64,000 nucleotides of DNA from Stylophora pistillata (Eukaryota): positions 320,151 through 384,150 of the forward strand of contig NW_019217949.1 in NCBI RefSeq assembly GCF_002571385.2, in the 5' to 3' direction. A model generated the notes under the pieces. It saw nothing but the letters and a program-made list of their open reading frames with translations, was not told the origin of the DNA and searched no databases. A program made the translations under genes and the position numbers. This document shows, piece after piece, positions 10,348-23,272 of the stretch. Position 1 is the first letter of the stretch; each line of letters opens with the position of its first letter.

Positions 10348-13300
10348 ATGTCGTTTTGCTCGTGGGACGCAAGCGAGAAATATAGAAACCACTTTGAAGC
10401 CGGTAAGAATTTTTAAACTATCCTCTATCGTAAACCGTAAGATTTTCCTTTCTTCACTGGACATCACATAAATGTTTATTCGCCTGATTTACATGCCTAT
10501 AGTCGAAATTTTTCCACAAATCCAAGATTATTGAAATTCAAGTTACGATTAAAATAAATGAACGATCTCGACAAGAGAGTTCAAATTTCTGCATTTAGTA
10601 ATACATTCAAAGAGTAGGAAATTATTTTCTTAAGTCGAGAAAGTCGAAGGAATGAATTTGCCTTTTTTTTGCATGAGCCCTCCCTTCTCAGTTGATCAGA
10701 GACGCGACTAAATCTGGTCCAGTGTCTTGTATAGCCGATGCAGAGCTATGCTGGCAATTTCAAAGCGGTTGAAAACGTTTTACTTTTATTGATACACCCA
10801 AAAACTGAGCCCTTAGCCAGAGTTTGTGGTCAAAAGATGAAATAATTCGGCTGATATTGCCGCCACTATAATGCTGAGTCATGTCGTGTCATGTACACCT
10901 ATACATTTGGGCCTTGAAGATAGAGCTGAATAACGTATGCTCATGCGCTACGTTTGTAGCGAGACCGGAATTTTGGGTGGTTTGCATAGTTGAATTGCTA
11001 TTCTGTTGCTTAGAGACATTGTTTTCTTTGCCGTTTTTCCTTTATAGAATAACGTTCATAAACTTTTGTACTCCCCCTAAATTTTTTTTCGAAAATTATT
11101 TTCACCTTAAAAACTTTGAAAATGGGAAAATGCATTCAGTTACAACAAATAACCTTGGTCTTATGTGCCAAACCCTCACTATTCTCGCAAATTTCACTAA
11201 ATTTCAAACCTTGCATGTTTGAGCCTGCATTGTTGACCTTGTACCTCTGGCACAGCATTTTGCTATTCAGCTCTGTTGGCCTTGAAAAGACAAGTCATCT
11301 TAGAGAAGAGGGAAGGAAACGGGAAGGAGGGAGTGGGACCGGTGGAGAGTGCTCCTTATCTGTATGACTTAAGACTGAACTAAAACTATCCTGAATTATT
11401 TTTTATTTATTCATTTAAGTGCTACTGCGACAAAATTTTTGCATTTTATTTTTCCAATTTTCTCGTGTTAACTTCACATTTAGACCCTAAACTATAAGAA
11501 TAAGCGTAAGTTTCTTAAATTTGACATCGTTATTCCTTAAAAACAGCACCGCGAAGACATTAAAAATTCTTCTGCCATATTTGCTTGAATAACACACTGG
11601 AGAGCCCAACAAAATGACTACAGCGGTTTTAGTTGTGACATCATTGACTCACGTCGACAACATCGCGAAGGCATGCCTTTACAAGAAATACACAAAAGAA
11701 AGCTGGGGAACAATTCTTTCGAATTTTATTTTTTCTTTCCTGCAGAACCAGAAAAATAACTCTCTCCGGTCATACCAAATTAGCCACGTTTGTTGAGTCA
11801 TTGACCTCACTTCTGTTCTCGACCCAGTTTCTTCTTCAAACGGAGTTCTGTAGTTCGAAGAATGGTGGCTGTTTAGATCACGGATCTACAGGGAAAATGA
11901 TATTACCTCTCGATGGAGTTTTGCCTTAAGATTTGGCAAATTTGTTACTTAGGGTAAGTACTTTCAACCTCTGAGGAGAAAAGAAAAGGTGCATTTTTGG
12001 TCGCAGTAGCACTTTAATTAAAAAATATGAAAATTTGGAATAGTAGGACTCTTAATGGAGCCTCTTGTTACGTTGTTAAGTGCTTCTTTTAGTGCATGTA
12101 CTTTTCAGTGGGTAAATTGTCAAAATAGTACTGTGATACCATATTTTATAAATAGCGAGTATTCGAGTATTATTGGTAAAAAGAAGTTGTTAGGACAAAA
12201 TGGAAACTTCTTTTTCTTGAATTGGCTGTCAGTTTCCTTTCAGTCTGATGTAGGACTCTGATCACCAATGGGTGGGATGTGAAATTGCAACCTCAGGATG
12301 TCTGACTCCTTTTATTCCAAAGATCTCAAAATCAGTTCTCATTTTCTTCAATACATTTCTGTCAATTTTTGCTCTGAGTATTGAATACTGAATAAAACAG
12401 TATCCCTCTGTTGATTTCTTGTTTGCTCTCATCACCTTTTCCTGTTCATGTTGTTATGATGTTGGAGGGATGGAGAAATGACTTTTTGGTCACTCTTGGT
12501 AGGGAAAGAGTTGAATGGTGATAATTATTGTCTTCTTCTTGTGAGGGTGTGATAGCCATGAGGTTGGAGTTTATTATATGAATGCAAAACTCTTTTGAAA
12601 AATTTTAAGGTATAGATTTTATTTCTCTGGTTGCATTTTGTTGCTCTTTGCAGGAATCTATGTTTGTCCCAAGTGTGGTCACAAGCTCTTCAGTGCTAAG
12701 GCAAAATACAAGCACAACACACCTTGGCCAGCATTTACGGAGACAATCAGCGTAGACAGTGTGTCAAAGAGGGATGAAACTGAAACTATGACAAGCAGTA
12801 GTGCCAAAGCTCTTAAGGTAGGGATGGGGCACTGGCCTCCCACCATTGTGGCCCAGGTTTGATTTCTGGACCTGGCATCACATGTGGGTCGAGTTTGTTG
12901 TTGGTTTTCATCCTTGCTCCAAGGGTTTTTCTCCTGGTCCTCCAGTTTTTCCCCCCTCCACAAAAACCAACAGTCCAAATTCCAATTCGATTTGGAGGCG
13001 AGTGTTTTTAACATAAGCTACCAGCTTGGAATATTGGGCAACCACATCCTACATTATTGACTTTAANNNNNNNNNNNNNNNNNNNNNNNNNNNNNNNNNN
13101 NNNNNNNNNNNNNNNNNNNNNNNNNNNNNNNNNNNNNNNNNNNNNNNNNNNNNNNNNNNNNNNNNNNNNNNNNNNNNNNNNNNNNNNNNNNNNNNNNNNN
13201 NNNNNNNNNNNNNGCACCTTTCCTCCAAAAGATCATGAGTAAGAAGCAATCAAAACATGTGTACGGCAAAGTTTAAAGCAGAGTTTATTGCACTTTTGTT

Positions 13301-13736
13301 TGACATCACATTAAGCTGTGACAATCTTCTACATCTAGCTACCCTTCAAGGAAGGGTTTTTATCTAAATTATTTATTAACTATTTATTCTATTAACTATT
13401 TATTCTGACACTTTTTCTCTAATTTCTTTAATTTTATTTCACTCCGCACCTCCTTACTTTTTATTTTCAACATAATATCAGCTGGCTTCTTTACAATTGC
13501 AATCAACATCTATTAGCTCTGTGTAAGGAACTCATGTCTCATGTTTTATTTTATTAACTTGCATTCAGGTTAGCTGTGGTAAATGTGGCAATGGTCTAGG
13601 ACATGAATTCTTAAAAGATGGTCCTGATGGAGTTTCTTCAAGGTTCTGAATCTTTTCAGACTCATTGCAGTTTGTCCCCAAAAAGGATGAACAAGTCAGT
13701 GAGCCATCATCTAGTCATATGAATGGAAAAAACTAA
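10348..13736 (+). CDS. MSRB1: Methionine-R-sulfoxide reductase B1 (selenoprotein R/X), 3 exons, 128 aa with Sec at residue 100
   Basis: Exons 10348-10402 ([18 protein letters not shown]), 12654-12817 ([14 protein letters not shown]...PWPAFTETI...ALK), 13569-13736 ([38 protein letters not shown]...). In-frame TGA at 13647-13649 sits in the SRFUIFS motif known from vertebrate MSRB1. Two CxxC zinc pairs and Cys4 are present. Confidence 0.97.
11418..12013. mobile_element. Non-autonomous DNA transposon (Kolobok-like ends) in MSRB1 intron 1
   Basis: TIRs AGTGCTACTGCGAC(A/C)AAA at both ends; flanked by TTTA on the left and TTAA on the right. Confidence 0.7.
12303..12514. mobile_element. Degenerate ~200-bp MITE (TTAACCC...GGGTTAA family)
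   Basis: Similar layout and internal motifs to the copies at 16628, 49629 and 58290. Confidence 0.45.
12826..13010 (+). mobile_element. SINE fragment (V/Meta-domain-like body) just inside MSRB1 intron 2
   Basis: Degenerate tRNA-like head followed by GTGGGTCGAGTTTGTTGTTGGTT...TTTTTCTCCTGGTCCTCCAGTTTTTCCCC...AAAAACCAACA..CCAAATTCCAATTCGAT. Confidence 0.65.
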
Positions 13737-14281
13737 ATGGCAAAGCTACATGTTTGAAGTTCAACAGGACCTAGGTCATCAAAAACATTTTAAAGGTGAT
13801 AAAGTTGGTTGTAATGATAATGATAATAACAACACATAACACATAATACAAATAATGTATACAAATTGATAAACCAGTGGCCCTGGAACGTGATGGCAAC
13901 AGAATTTTTTCTTTACATCCTTGGGGGCTGCATACTTTGAACTCACAAATGCTTGAACTGTACATGGACTTAAGTTATTTAACAGTTATTTGCCAAAAGC
14001 AAAGCGAATATTGTAAAGTAATTAATCCCTGACACTGAACAACACAATTGTCTTTCCTGCAAGTAGTCAGGTGACTAGAACAAGGAGACATGGGTATAAT
14101 CATACATTATTTGGATTACATATTAAGCATTTTCATGTATGCAATTGAGACCATTCCTAATTAATGGGATTTTCTCAGTGAAAACTGTAAATTTCATGCC
14201 TATAGTGTAGTTAAATTGAAGCTGCACTGTATTTATTTTGTTATTAATGATTTCAATGAGTGCATTGTACATTGGGTTTTT

Positions 14282-14359
14282 GTTTGAACTGAATGAAATG
14301 TTTAGATGAAAGCCCTTCCTTGAAGGCTATCTAGATGTGGAAGATTGTCACAGCTAAAC
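14282..14359 (+). promoter_or_regulatory. SECIS element (type II) in the MSRB1 3'UTR
   Basis: ATGAA 14293-14297 and GGAA 14339-14342 form the non-Watson-Crick quartet; 10-bp helix ATGTTTAGAT/ATCTAGATGT; unpaired AA at 14309-14310; apical mini-helix AGCCCTTC/GAAGGCT; weak lower helix GTTT..CTG/CAG..AAAC. Confidence 0.9.
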
Positions 14360-14379
14360 GTGATGTTAAACAAAACTGC

Positions 14380-14385
14380 AATAAA
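14380..14385 (+). terminator. Polyadenylation signal for MSRB1
   Basis: AATAAA about 20 nt downstream of the SECIS. Confidence 0.6.
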
Positions 14386-16299
14386 CACTGGTTAAACTCT
14401 GGTACACAGGTATTGATTGGTTCTTACTTGTAATCTATTGGGAGTGAGGTGCAAAGATGATGTCACCATTCAGTAAATCATTTTACCTTTTTATTATCAA
14501 ATCAAATATATGCCATGTTGCTGTGCATAGGGATGTAGCTAGAACACTTAACTTTCAGAGCTGTAGATTCTGTGTTTTGATCCTTGGTGGTAAAGGTTCA
14601 AACCATACTTGTAAATGTAATTGTTTATTTTTTGTTGATTGTTTTTGTCTACCTGTATGCATTATTTAGTATTCAGAAAAAAAAATTAGTTCAACAAACT
14701 TATGGATCGATCTAAACTATAATGAGACCAATCATACTTTTTTCTCTGTCCTCAAACTTTTACTTTGTTATCTCCCAGACTATGAATTATATTCTGCAAT
14801 TCCATCCCAGCCAGGGACTTAACAGGTCTTGTCCCTGCCTCTGGAAATTCATATGATATTACAAATTTATTAAATCTACCTCGACCCTAAATGTTACATT
14901 ATGAAGCTAGAGATATTGATTTTTTCATAATATTGCAATTTCAAAGAGTCGGCTGGTGTCATTGGTTCCTTTGCAGTCCTTTTTTTTTCCAGGCAATTTT
15001 GTTCTTTTCTATATGTTGGTGTTCAGTGTAAATATGTATTTGCCCATTCAAACTCTGTCTTATCGTCAATAGTATTTCAACGTACTGAACGCTTGACCAT
15101 TGTTTAAGTTTGATTTTCGTATCATAGCCAGTTTTCATTATTTTGAACTTCGTATTTTAATATTTACCATTATTTTAATTACTGCAGTTACATTTCTGAG
15201 GCTCAGAACTCGAAGTTCCATTCTATTATCAAGAAATAGAAATAATTAAAATCTCGCCATTTTGGTTACAAGATAACTCATGACACAAATTGTCTGGTCT
15301 GCCAGAAAAATTAATAAATTAGTTCATAAGTAATTACACAGCTGCTTTCATTTTGGCATCAGCTTAAGAAAAATCTTGTTTTTTTTTATGCAAATAACTT
15401 GCAGCTTGTGAATAGTTGGGCGAAGCTTTTAAGAGGAACCCTTGAAAAACTCATCTCGACAAACTACAGACCTTGATTCGTCTGGAATGAAAGGTACTAA
15501 ACGAGGTGTCATTGCAATGGCCTTGGTTTAACGATTTTATTCCCATTATTATAAATTGGCTTCCTTCAGTGAAAGTTGTAATTAACGGCTTTAAGTTATG
15601 ACTAAACTGTCGCAGTTGTAATGAAATGAAAGAAAACCGGTTCCCAAATGGTAAGCGTTCCCGAGTTTTGATTTAAAAAAAAACTATCAAAATTTCTTCG
15701 TTTAAACTGGTCTATAACTGCTGCTAATCTTAAGTATTCAGCAAAACCTGGAGAACTCAGAGTATTATTAAGAAGAACAAGAAGGCAGCTGTGTTAGATT
15801 AATTAATTAACACTAAGAAGCTTTGCTGTGCATTAAACTGATGTCAGATCTTGTTGGTCAGTCCGGCTGAAGAGATCACGATTTCCAGTCAACCCTCTTT
15901 ACCGTGGATGAAGTAGTGTTCAAGGTAAACTATAAGGGTGCTTTTCAAATATTTTGAGGTGTTGGGTATAACACATGAGTATGATTTGTCTCAATTTCTA
16001 AACGCAATGTGTAATAGGATGTGTTCTGGGCGAAGCCTAACAAAAAGAAATACAAATTAAGATCTTTTAAACCGATTGATATTTCCTTTGTTGAAGATAG
16101 AAATTCTGCTTTAGAAATGATCCCCAGATGGAAATTTGTGTTAGCTTTCACAAATTAGCCCACAATATTCGAGATAATGGTAGGAACGTGTGCTCCGTTC
16201 TTCGCTGCCCTGACATCGCTTATTTGTGCGAAAAAAACACGAAAATTACATGCATACATACAAACTTACTTTATTGCAACTCCCTTAAAAGGTTTTTTA

Positions 16300-16590
16300 G
16301 TTACAAGGCTACGTAGCTATCACACTAAAATAACTAAGTAAACAACCAAATAACAAAGGTAATAAACACAGGATAGAAAATTAGTGAAATACTTCAAGAA
16401 GGAGAAAACAATACATTGGACTGGTGTACTATTTACAAATTCATATATTAATCAAAAAAAAGGAGGTTGACAATTCCTTTTCTAAAAAACCTTTGACAGA
16501 GTCTGAAGATTTAACATCGTCACGTAGATTATTCCAGAGCCTAGCACCACTGTGTAGTTGAAAGACCGCTGTCCGGTGGTTCGACGGCAC
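16300..16590 (-). mobile_element. LINE (CR1/L2-group) 3' fragment
   Basis: Minus-strand peptide SGARLWNNLRDDVKSSDSVKGF resembles the ORF2 C-terminal motif of CR1/L2-group elements. Confidence 0.55.
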
Positions 16591-16627
16591 CTCGGAAATT
16601 AAAGTGAGTAATATCTCAAGTGCCAGT

Positions 16628-16840
16628 TTAACCCTTTGCACCATGACCTCGGCATCCGTATTCGCCATACTGTTCTCTATACATCTTTTTTGGTACCGAC
16701 GAGGAGAACTTGCTTAACAATTAAAAAACATCTCAAGTTGGTGACCATTTCCTTGACTGTCATGGTCTAAATGAGTGGTTCAGCAATATGGCTGCAAAGA
16801 GAAATTAAGTGCTGGTCACTATTAAGGTTTCAAGTGTTTA
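16628..16840. mobile_element. ~200-bp MITE (TTAACCC terminus, piggyBac-like)
   Basis: Begins TTAACCCTTT and ends AAGTGTTTA; related copies elsewhere in the window. Confidence 0.55.
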
Positions 16841-18493
16841 TGTCCCATACACTTATGCGTAAAGATTGTACCATCCCGTCCTTGCAACGGATGCAGTCGT
16901 GCTATTACTGTACTTCGTGGTCTCTTAAGTTTACGTTAAGCGAAGTTGTTTCAGTATTTATGCACTGTTTCACAGATGTCTAAAGTTTTCTTCTTTGAAA
17001 TTAAATTGACAAATTCTGATTATATCGCGAATAATACTACGATACTTAAGGAGACGAAAATTGTTCCTTATAAAAGGAATATCTTCATTTGGGTATAAGC
17101 TAAATTTGTTCGGCGCTGCGTCTGTTTTAATGGGCTCTTAGGGCCAATCTTCGTTTTGAAAGACTATAAGAGCCGCAGCTAATTTAAGGAAGCCGCCTTC
17201 AGCGAGGTAGATTAGTTTTTCATTTCAATTCTGACATCCTTAAAGACTAATTAAAGCCTCTATTCAAACGCGCGTTGTAATAATAACGCCTATTTCCATG
17301 CAAAGATTGCGACTAGCACTACTTCGGGGAGAACAAACGGAAATTTAATACCACAAGTGCTCTAACAAAAATTACAAGAAATCCACACTCGCCGATCATT
17401 GTTTACAATCTGGCCACGTTATCTCATGGGAATCGTGTATATTATTACGTATACTTACCAGCACAAGATGGCGAAACCGACGCCTCTTAGAGGCTTGGGA
17501 AATTGACATGTGTAAAAGTCCAGTTAAACGCGATGATGGCATGCACCTGCCCAACGAGTTCAGAGTTTTGACTCTATTGGATAAGAACTAATTTCCTTAT
17601 ACATTCGGTTTTTCATTAGCAACTAAAATAAACTTGTCACTTCATTTTTTTTTATTACCCTCGAAGAAGGCATATTTTAAAGGTTTTTTTTTTTTTTTTT
17701 TTTGAGATTGTTAATAGCTTTTCTTAACCAGCGTTAAACTTTATTTTTATCAAACCTCTGTCCGTTTTTCAGTTCATGTTAATAGAAGAGTAAGTACTTA
17801 AAGTGGCACTCCAACTACACCAGCGTGCAAATAAATAGACTATACCTCTAAAAATACGATTTGATCTCCTGAAGATCAAGTTGCAGCCTGTATAAACTTC
17901 AATGACATGTACAAACAATAACACCATGGTCCCTAAAATGAACAATTCACAATGAATTTTTAGCGAGGAAAAGCTACTTAACGTGTCAGCATTTTCAGAC
18001 ATTTAAGTGAGAAGACACCAGCTGGTTACACTTTTTGACGTATATTGAACTTACTTCCAATAAGTCTATTCTACTCTGCCGTTTTAGCCGGATTCAGAAT
18101 CCGTTTCAATGAGAAAGGCTCTTAAAAGCGAAAACGTTTTCATTTTGAACGCTTTTGGCTATACATCAGTGTCTGGCAAGCTCTAGAATTGCCGAACAGA
18201 CTGGCTGGCGTCCAGTTTGGCCGAGTCCTGCTTGAGGTATCACAAAAGCGCTAACACTAGGTAAGTTAATTTATCGGTCATTGGTTTCAAATTTTTTTCT
18301 TGGTTTGAAAATAAGATATCAAACAAGAAGATTCTACTTATACATGCATTGTTCACTGGAGCCCTTGGCGTTGCAAATTGCAAGCAAAAACACAAACATG
18401 TGTTTTCTTCGCCTACAATAGGCACTTAAGATTTTATACAGAAACGCCTTTGCGCCTCTGAGAGATCAAAGATCGTAGTTTCAACCATATCAG

Positions 18494-19530
18494 AAGCCCC
18501 TTTTACTTTTTTAACAAAACATTATCGAAGACTGGAAGGAAATTTAGAATCAGGCTTTTCTGAAAAAAAAAAAAAATTAAAAGAAAACGGAAAAGAAAAT
18601 TTTTATTTAACATTATTCCTTAAGAAATAAAAGTCTCGTCTTCCGGTTCCTTTGTGCGTTTTGGTTGTGAATAATCCCAAAAAACACGACGCATTTTCTT
18701 TAAGACTTCTTATCCTCTGGAGTGATAGATTATATTTACTTTTCCAAAAACCAATACATTATACTTTCTTTATCATTTTCTGCACATAATTCATGGAGCA
18801 AACTAGGAGCAAATAAAGATTTGGTCTTCGTATACATGTAATACTGAAGTGAAAAAAAATGAGATTTGCAGTAACAGTGTCCATTTTCCCTAAAAGAAAA
18901 TCTTGCTTAGTTATGCCCTAGGTTCATTCCTCTTACAAGGTGTACTGAAAGAAACGAAAGCGTCATTTTGACCGAACTGCGACTGATTTCTATGCAGCCA
19001 TTTTGCACCTCTTCTTTGTGTTTATATCGGAAGCCCTTTTACTTTTCTAAACAAAGATTACCAACACTGAAAGAAAATTTAAAATCAGGCCCTTTCAAGA
19101 TTAAAAAAAGGTAGAGAGAGGGAGAGAAAACTCTATCCTTCAAGAGTCATTTGAGTCAATGCTTTTCATCTACAAAGATTTCAAATAAAACTTTTGTCTC
19201 TAGGTTCTGATTGTGAAAGTCCAAAAAGCTCGTTATTACATAGATTGTAATTTTTGTTTACATAAAGCGTCACATCTTCCGGAATGATAAGTAATATTTA
19301 TATTTTCTCAAAACCATTCCGCTTACTTTCTCATTTTCTTTAATAAAGAAGATATGAGCACATAAAAATGTATCTCCGTATAGTTTCTTGATGAAATTTT
19401 CTCCAACGCTTTGTCCAGTTTTACTGAAAGGAAAACTACCTGGTTTTGGACTAGGGCCTTACTTCTTATGAGGTGTACTTTAGGAAACGAAATCGTAATC
19501 GTTACTTAGCTGCGACTGACTTTCATGCAC
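18494..19530. repeat. Old diverged tandem duplication of ~0.5 kb
   Basis: Collinear matching blocks in both halves: AAGCCCCTTTTACTTT...TTTAGAATCAGGC vs AAGCCCTTTTTACTTT...TTTAAAATCAGGC, and AGGTGTACTGAAAGAAACGAAA...CTGCGACTGA vs AGGTGTACTTTAGGAAACGAAA...CTGCGACTGA. Confidence 0.7.
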
Positions 19531-22500
19531 CCGGCATGTAATTTTTCCTTCCCCCCCCCTCCCTGAAATGCACACAGTTTCTTCTTCTTAATTTTACTTT
19601 AGCAAACAAAAATTGAAATAATAGTACAAAGAAAGCTCTGTGAATTGATGATGATGTCAAAGTAATCAAAGAAAAGTGCACGCGAAAGAAGTGAAAGTCT
19701 TATTAAAATTACAGTTGCTGCCGTTAAACCTTCTTAAAGCAAATAATTGCTCTCGTAATATCTACTTTTCGTGTTCAAATGATTCTGACGGGTGTGCGGG
19801 GCATGATTTAACTCCGCCGGCCGCATGAAAATCTGTTTATGCGTTTAAAATTGTGTGGGTGAGATCAATATTGACATGATGGCTTCCGCTTAGCCACTTC
19901 AAACACACTTTTAATTTTCTTTCTAGGGATAAACAGGCATCTTAATCCAGCTTAAATCCAAAGCTGGCCGGCCTCCTGTAGTGAAAGAGAACAGATCGGC
20001 TGCTATAAGTAAAAGTAGTGCAGTTGAAATAGAATAAATCAAGTTCTCAAACGACGTCTTTCGGGAGCTCATTTCGATTCAATGAGTTTGTCGTGAATTA
20101 GTTTAATCTTAGTATTCTTGAATCAAGAAATCATAAAAAAAGTACCCCTACGTAACTGGTCTACAGGTTTGTTGGTAATCTTAGTTATTTAACGAAACTC
20201 TCTTGTAAAGAAAAAAAGATTAATTGATTCAAATTGGAAAAAAAAAAAAAAAAAACAGTAGTGCACGCGAACGAAATTAAATACTATAGAACCGGAAATT
20301 ATTTCTGAATACAGACGAGAAGTTGATTACAAAATAGTAAATATGTTTTCGAGAAGAAGGATGAAAAAAAAATTCATTTTGATTTACCAGCATTTGATTG
20401 GCACAGTTTTCTCCTCGTATAAAGGTCACCAGCTGTTACAGGCCGCTTAACATTTATTCGTGAGGAAGAGCAACCGAGGGACCATCTTACCCGAAGGCGT
20501 CAAAAAGGTACAGTTTCCTTTCCCCTTAAACAACAACAACAACAAAAACGTGAGTCGATTTCACGGCATTTGGCTAGGTAATTATGAACTGCGAAATCTG
20601 CTCTCTTATGCTGTACAGCCTAAGAAAATTTTAACCTCGGCTATTCAGCAAAAAGGTATTCGCAAAATTCTACCATGTAAAATGTTACATGTCCAGTGAG
20701 GGTGAAGAAATCGATACATGAAGGTTCAACCGAGTTGAGTATATACAGAAGTCATAGTCATTGCAAAAAGTTTGATCCATGGACTACGCGTGCGAACAGC
20801 ACTGAAGACGCAGAGTTGTTTTAAATTGCTGCATGTCTATGCCTAGGCAGCTTAAAAACTAAATACATATACGGCTTTCCTTATCAATTTTATATTGGCT
20901 CCCCTCGCGCTGGGTTAAGTTCCCTCCTCCCCTTTAAAAAAATGAGGAAAAAAAAGGGAAAATTCTGGAATTATTTTGGGCAGTACTCCAGCAACGCCTA
21001 TTGCGCAAGAGACTGCCAACGATTACCTTGTTTTGAGAAAATTGCAACGATGACAAGTGCAAAATCAAATATTGCTTTCCTTGGTTTCTTCCGTCATAAT
21101 TAGGACAAGTACTTTAAATAGCTGACATAATGTAGTCTCCATAGCGACTCAGCTAAATTGACAGTGGATCCAGAGCTTGGCTTGTTATTGACAACGAAAA
21201 AATTGAAGTCTATGAAGTCAGTTTTTAAACCAAAAATTCGGAAACAGAATCAAACAGGTTCCACTATTAAGAAGTGCAAATATTTTTCGCAATATTCCTC
21301 TTACGATAGTTTTTGGCTCCTGTGTGATTTAGGCTTTTAAGGATTAAAGAGTCTTTTCGTCTCTCGAATTCGTCTTATAAAAGTATTTATTTGAATGACT
21401 GATTCAACGACGCGAAGTAACAGAGCTAGAGGCTCCGCTACGTTTAAAATTCCAGTCATCTAAACTCGTCTCACGTTCACGCGATAATTATCGTGAGATG
21501 CGATCAGCAAAAAGTTTAAAATTCATTTTACAAGAAAATAGACTTTGTCAATCGAGCGTTGGGTAGAAAATTTTGGAAATCCTCAATCAAAGTTTTAACT
21601 TATTAAAAAAATTTTGCGCTTTTTAACATTGAAGAGCTAGAATGCAGAAATTATTATCCACAAGGCTAGCAATGCTCATGAAACGTTTTGTTTTTGTCAA
21701 AAATATGATTATGTCAGTCTATATCCCATAAAGCTCAGTTGTCGGGGAGTTCTGTTTGATGGAAATTAAAGTCGAATTTGAGCGGAAGTTCATGAAAAGA
21801 ACAAAAAAGGGGTAAATTATGGCCATATTAAAAATTAATATATTTCTTTTCGAACCTTAACAACTAGAGAAAGAACCTAATGGCTTCAAAATGATCCTTA
21901 ATTTCTGAAGTTGTACACAATTTTACACATTATTAGTTACTATAAAACAAAGTTATATGATCAGCGTAAAGCAATTACGGTTACTGATGGCTCTTTATGA
22001 GTAACTTCCTTCCTCTCAGCGCAGCGTAAGTGGGCCACAAACTAACTCTACAACCATTAAATCATTTTATGGACACATTTTGTCAGTTCTACCTTCGTAC
22101 CACGTAGAACTACGGACACATACCGTCTAATGACATCAGCAAAATGTAATGGTCACGCTCTTTTAGTATTCATTATTTGTCGTTTGATAAAACGTCAATC
22201 ATATCATTCTGGGCACGTTTGTTTTCACGAGGCCTTTGCATGTCTCCGTGGTTCCGTGACCTTGTAACAGCCAACTCTTGAACCATATCAATGGTTGCAA
22301 TTAGTATCTACCATCATGCACGTGAAAAGTTCATTTCGCGCGCGCTAAATGGCTAGTTCGGAAGAGAAAAACAAGTACAATTCACCTCTGCAGCCCATGA
22401 GACAAACTCGTGAGATTAATTTCCGCCAGTTTTTTGGTAGATTGACAGAAATTATCAATTAATTTTGGGTTTCTGCGTGGCATATACTAAAATAATGATT

Positions 22501-23272
22501 CACCCCAGTGGTGGATAATTGTTCATTAGCATGTCGCCGACCAAATCGCAAACCTCTCGTGTTACTTTTTCATTACATTTATTTATCAGTATATTTGGAA
22601 GGGCAAATACTATCTCGGAAGATTTTAAAAGTTATTTTCTCTTGAATGCAAGGCACGTTTTATTCTAGAACATTTATACTGCGCACTTACTAGATTCTTA
22701 ACAGAGAGTTTAAAATGTGTTGTTAATTGAAAAAGCAAGTAGTTAATTCATGTACAAACTGCATTAGTTGTTTCTTTGTTTTGTTTTGTCTTGTTTTGTC
22801 CACCTTTTTTACTTTCTCTGTATCATTCTGCATGCCTTAAATGTTTTGGCTTTTTTTTCAGATCTCCTTTATACATTTCCAACTATTTACTTTTCGTAAA
22901 ACATTGCTATTCTCTTACAAGTCAAAATGATAATAGTTTTTTTTTAATAAATGGTGCTGTCAGATAATCAAATACAAATGGGATAAAATCATCTTTCAGT
23001 GACGAATTTTTACAATGGCAATTATTTCATGAACTAAAATAAATAAAGGCAGATCTCTTATCGGTTTAATTTTTCGAACACTGTCCTATCATCTAGCGCG
23101 GAAATCGACCAATGAAAGGTTTTGAAAGGCAGCTGAACATTCATAATATTTGTGACTTTCTGCGACACATTCTGGAGTTAAAAGCATTCAATAACGTCGG
23201 CCGCTCTTCTTCTTGAAGGTTTCTCAAGTCACGAAGTAGACGGTTTGCTGAAAGGAAACTTTAAGCATCAAA

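Noticed and set aside
13008-13269. Poly-X ORFs here and at 34077-34614
   Set aside because: Artefacts of N gaps.
13647-13649. Premature stop making MSRB1 a pseudogene
   Set aside because: It is at the known Sec position, homology continues downstream, and a SECIS is present.
14400-23200. Short ORFs in the MSRB1-GPCR1 intergenic region
   Set aside because: No recognisable domains or consistent splice chains; AT-rich non-coding DNA and repeat debris.
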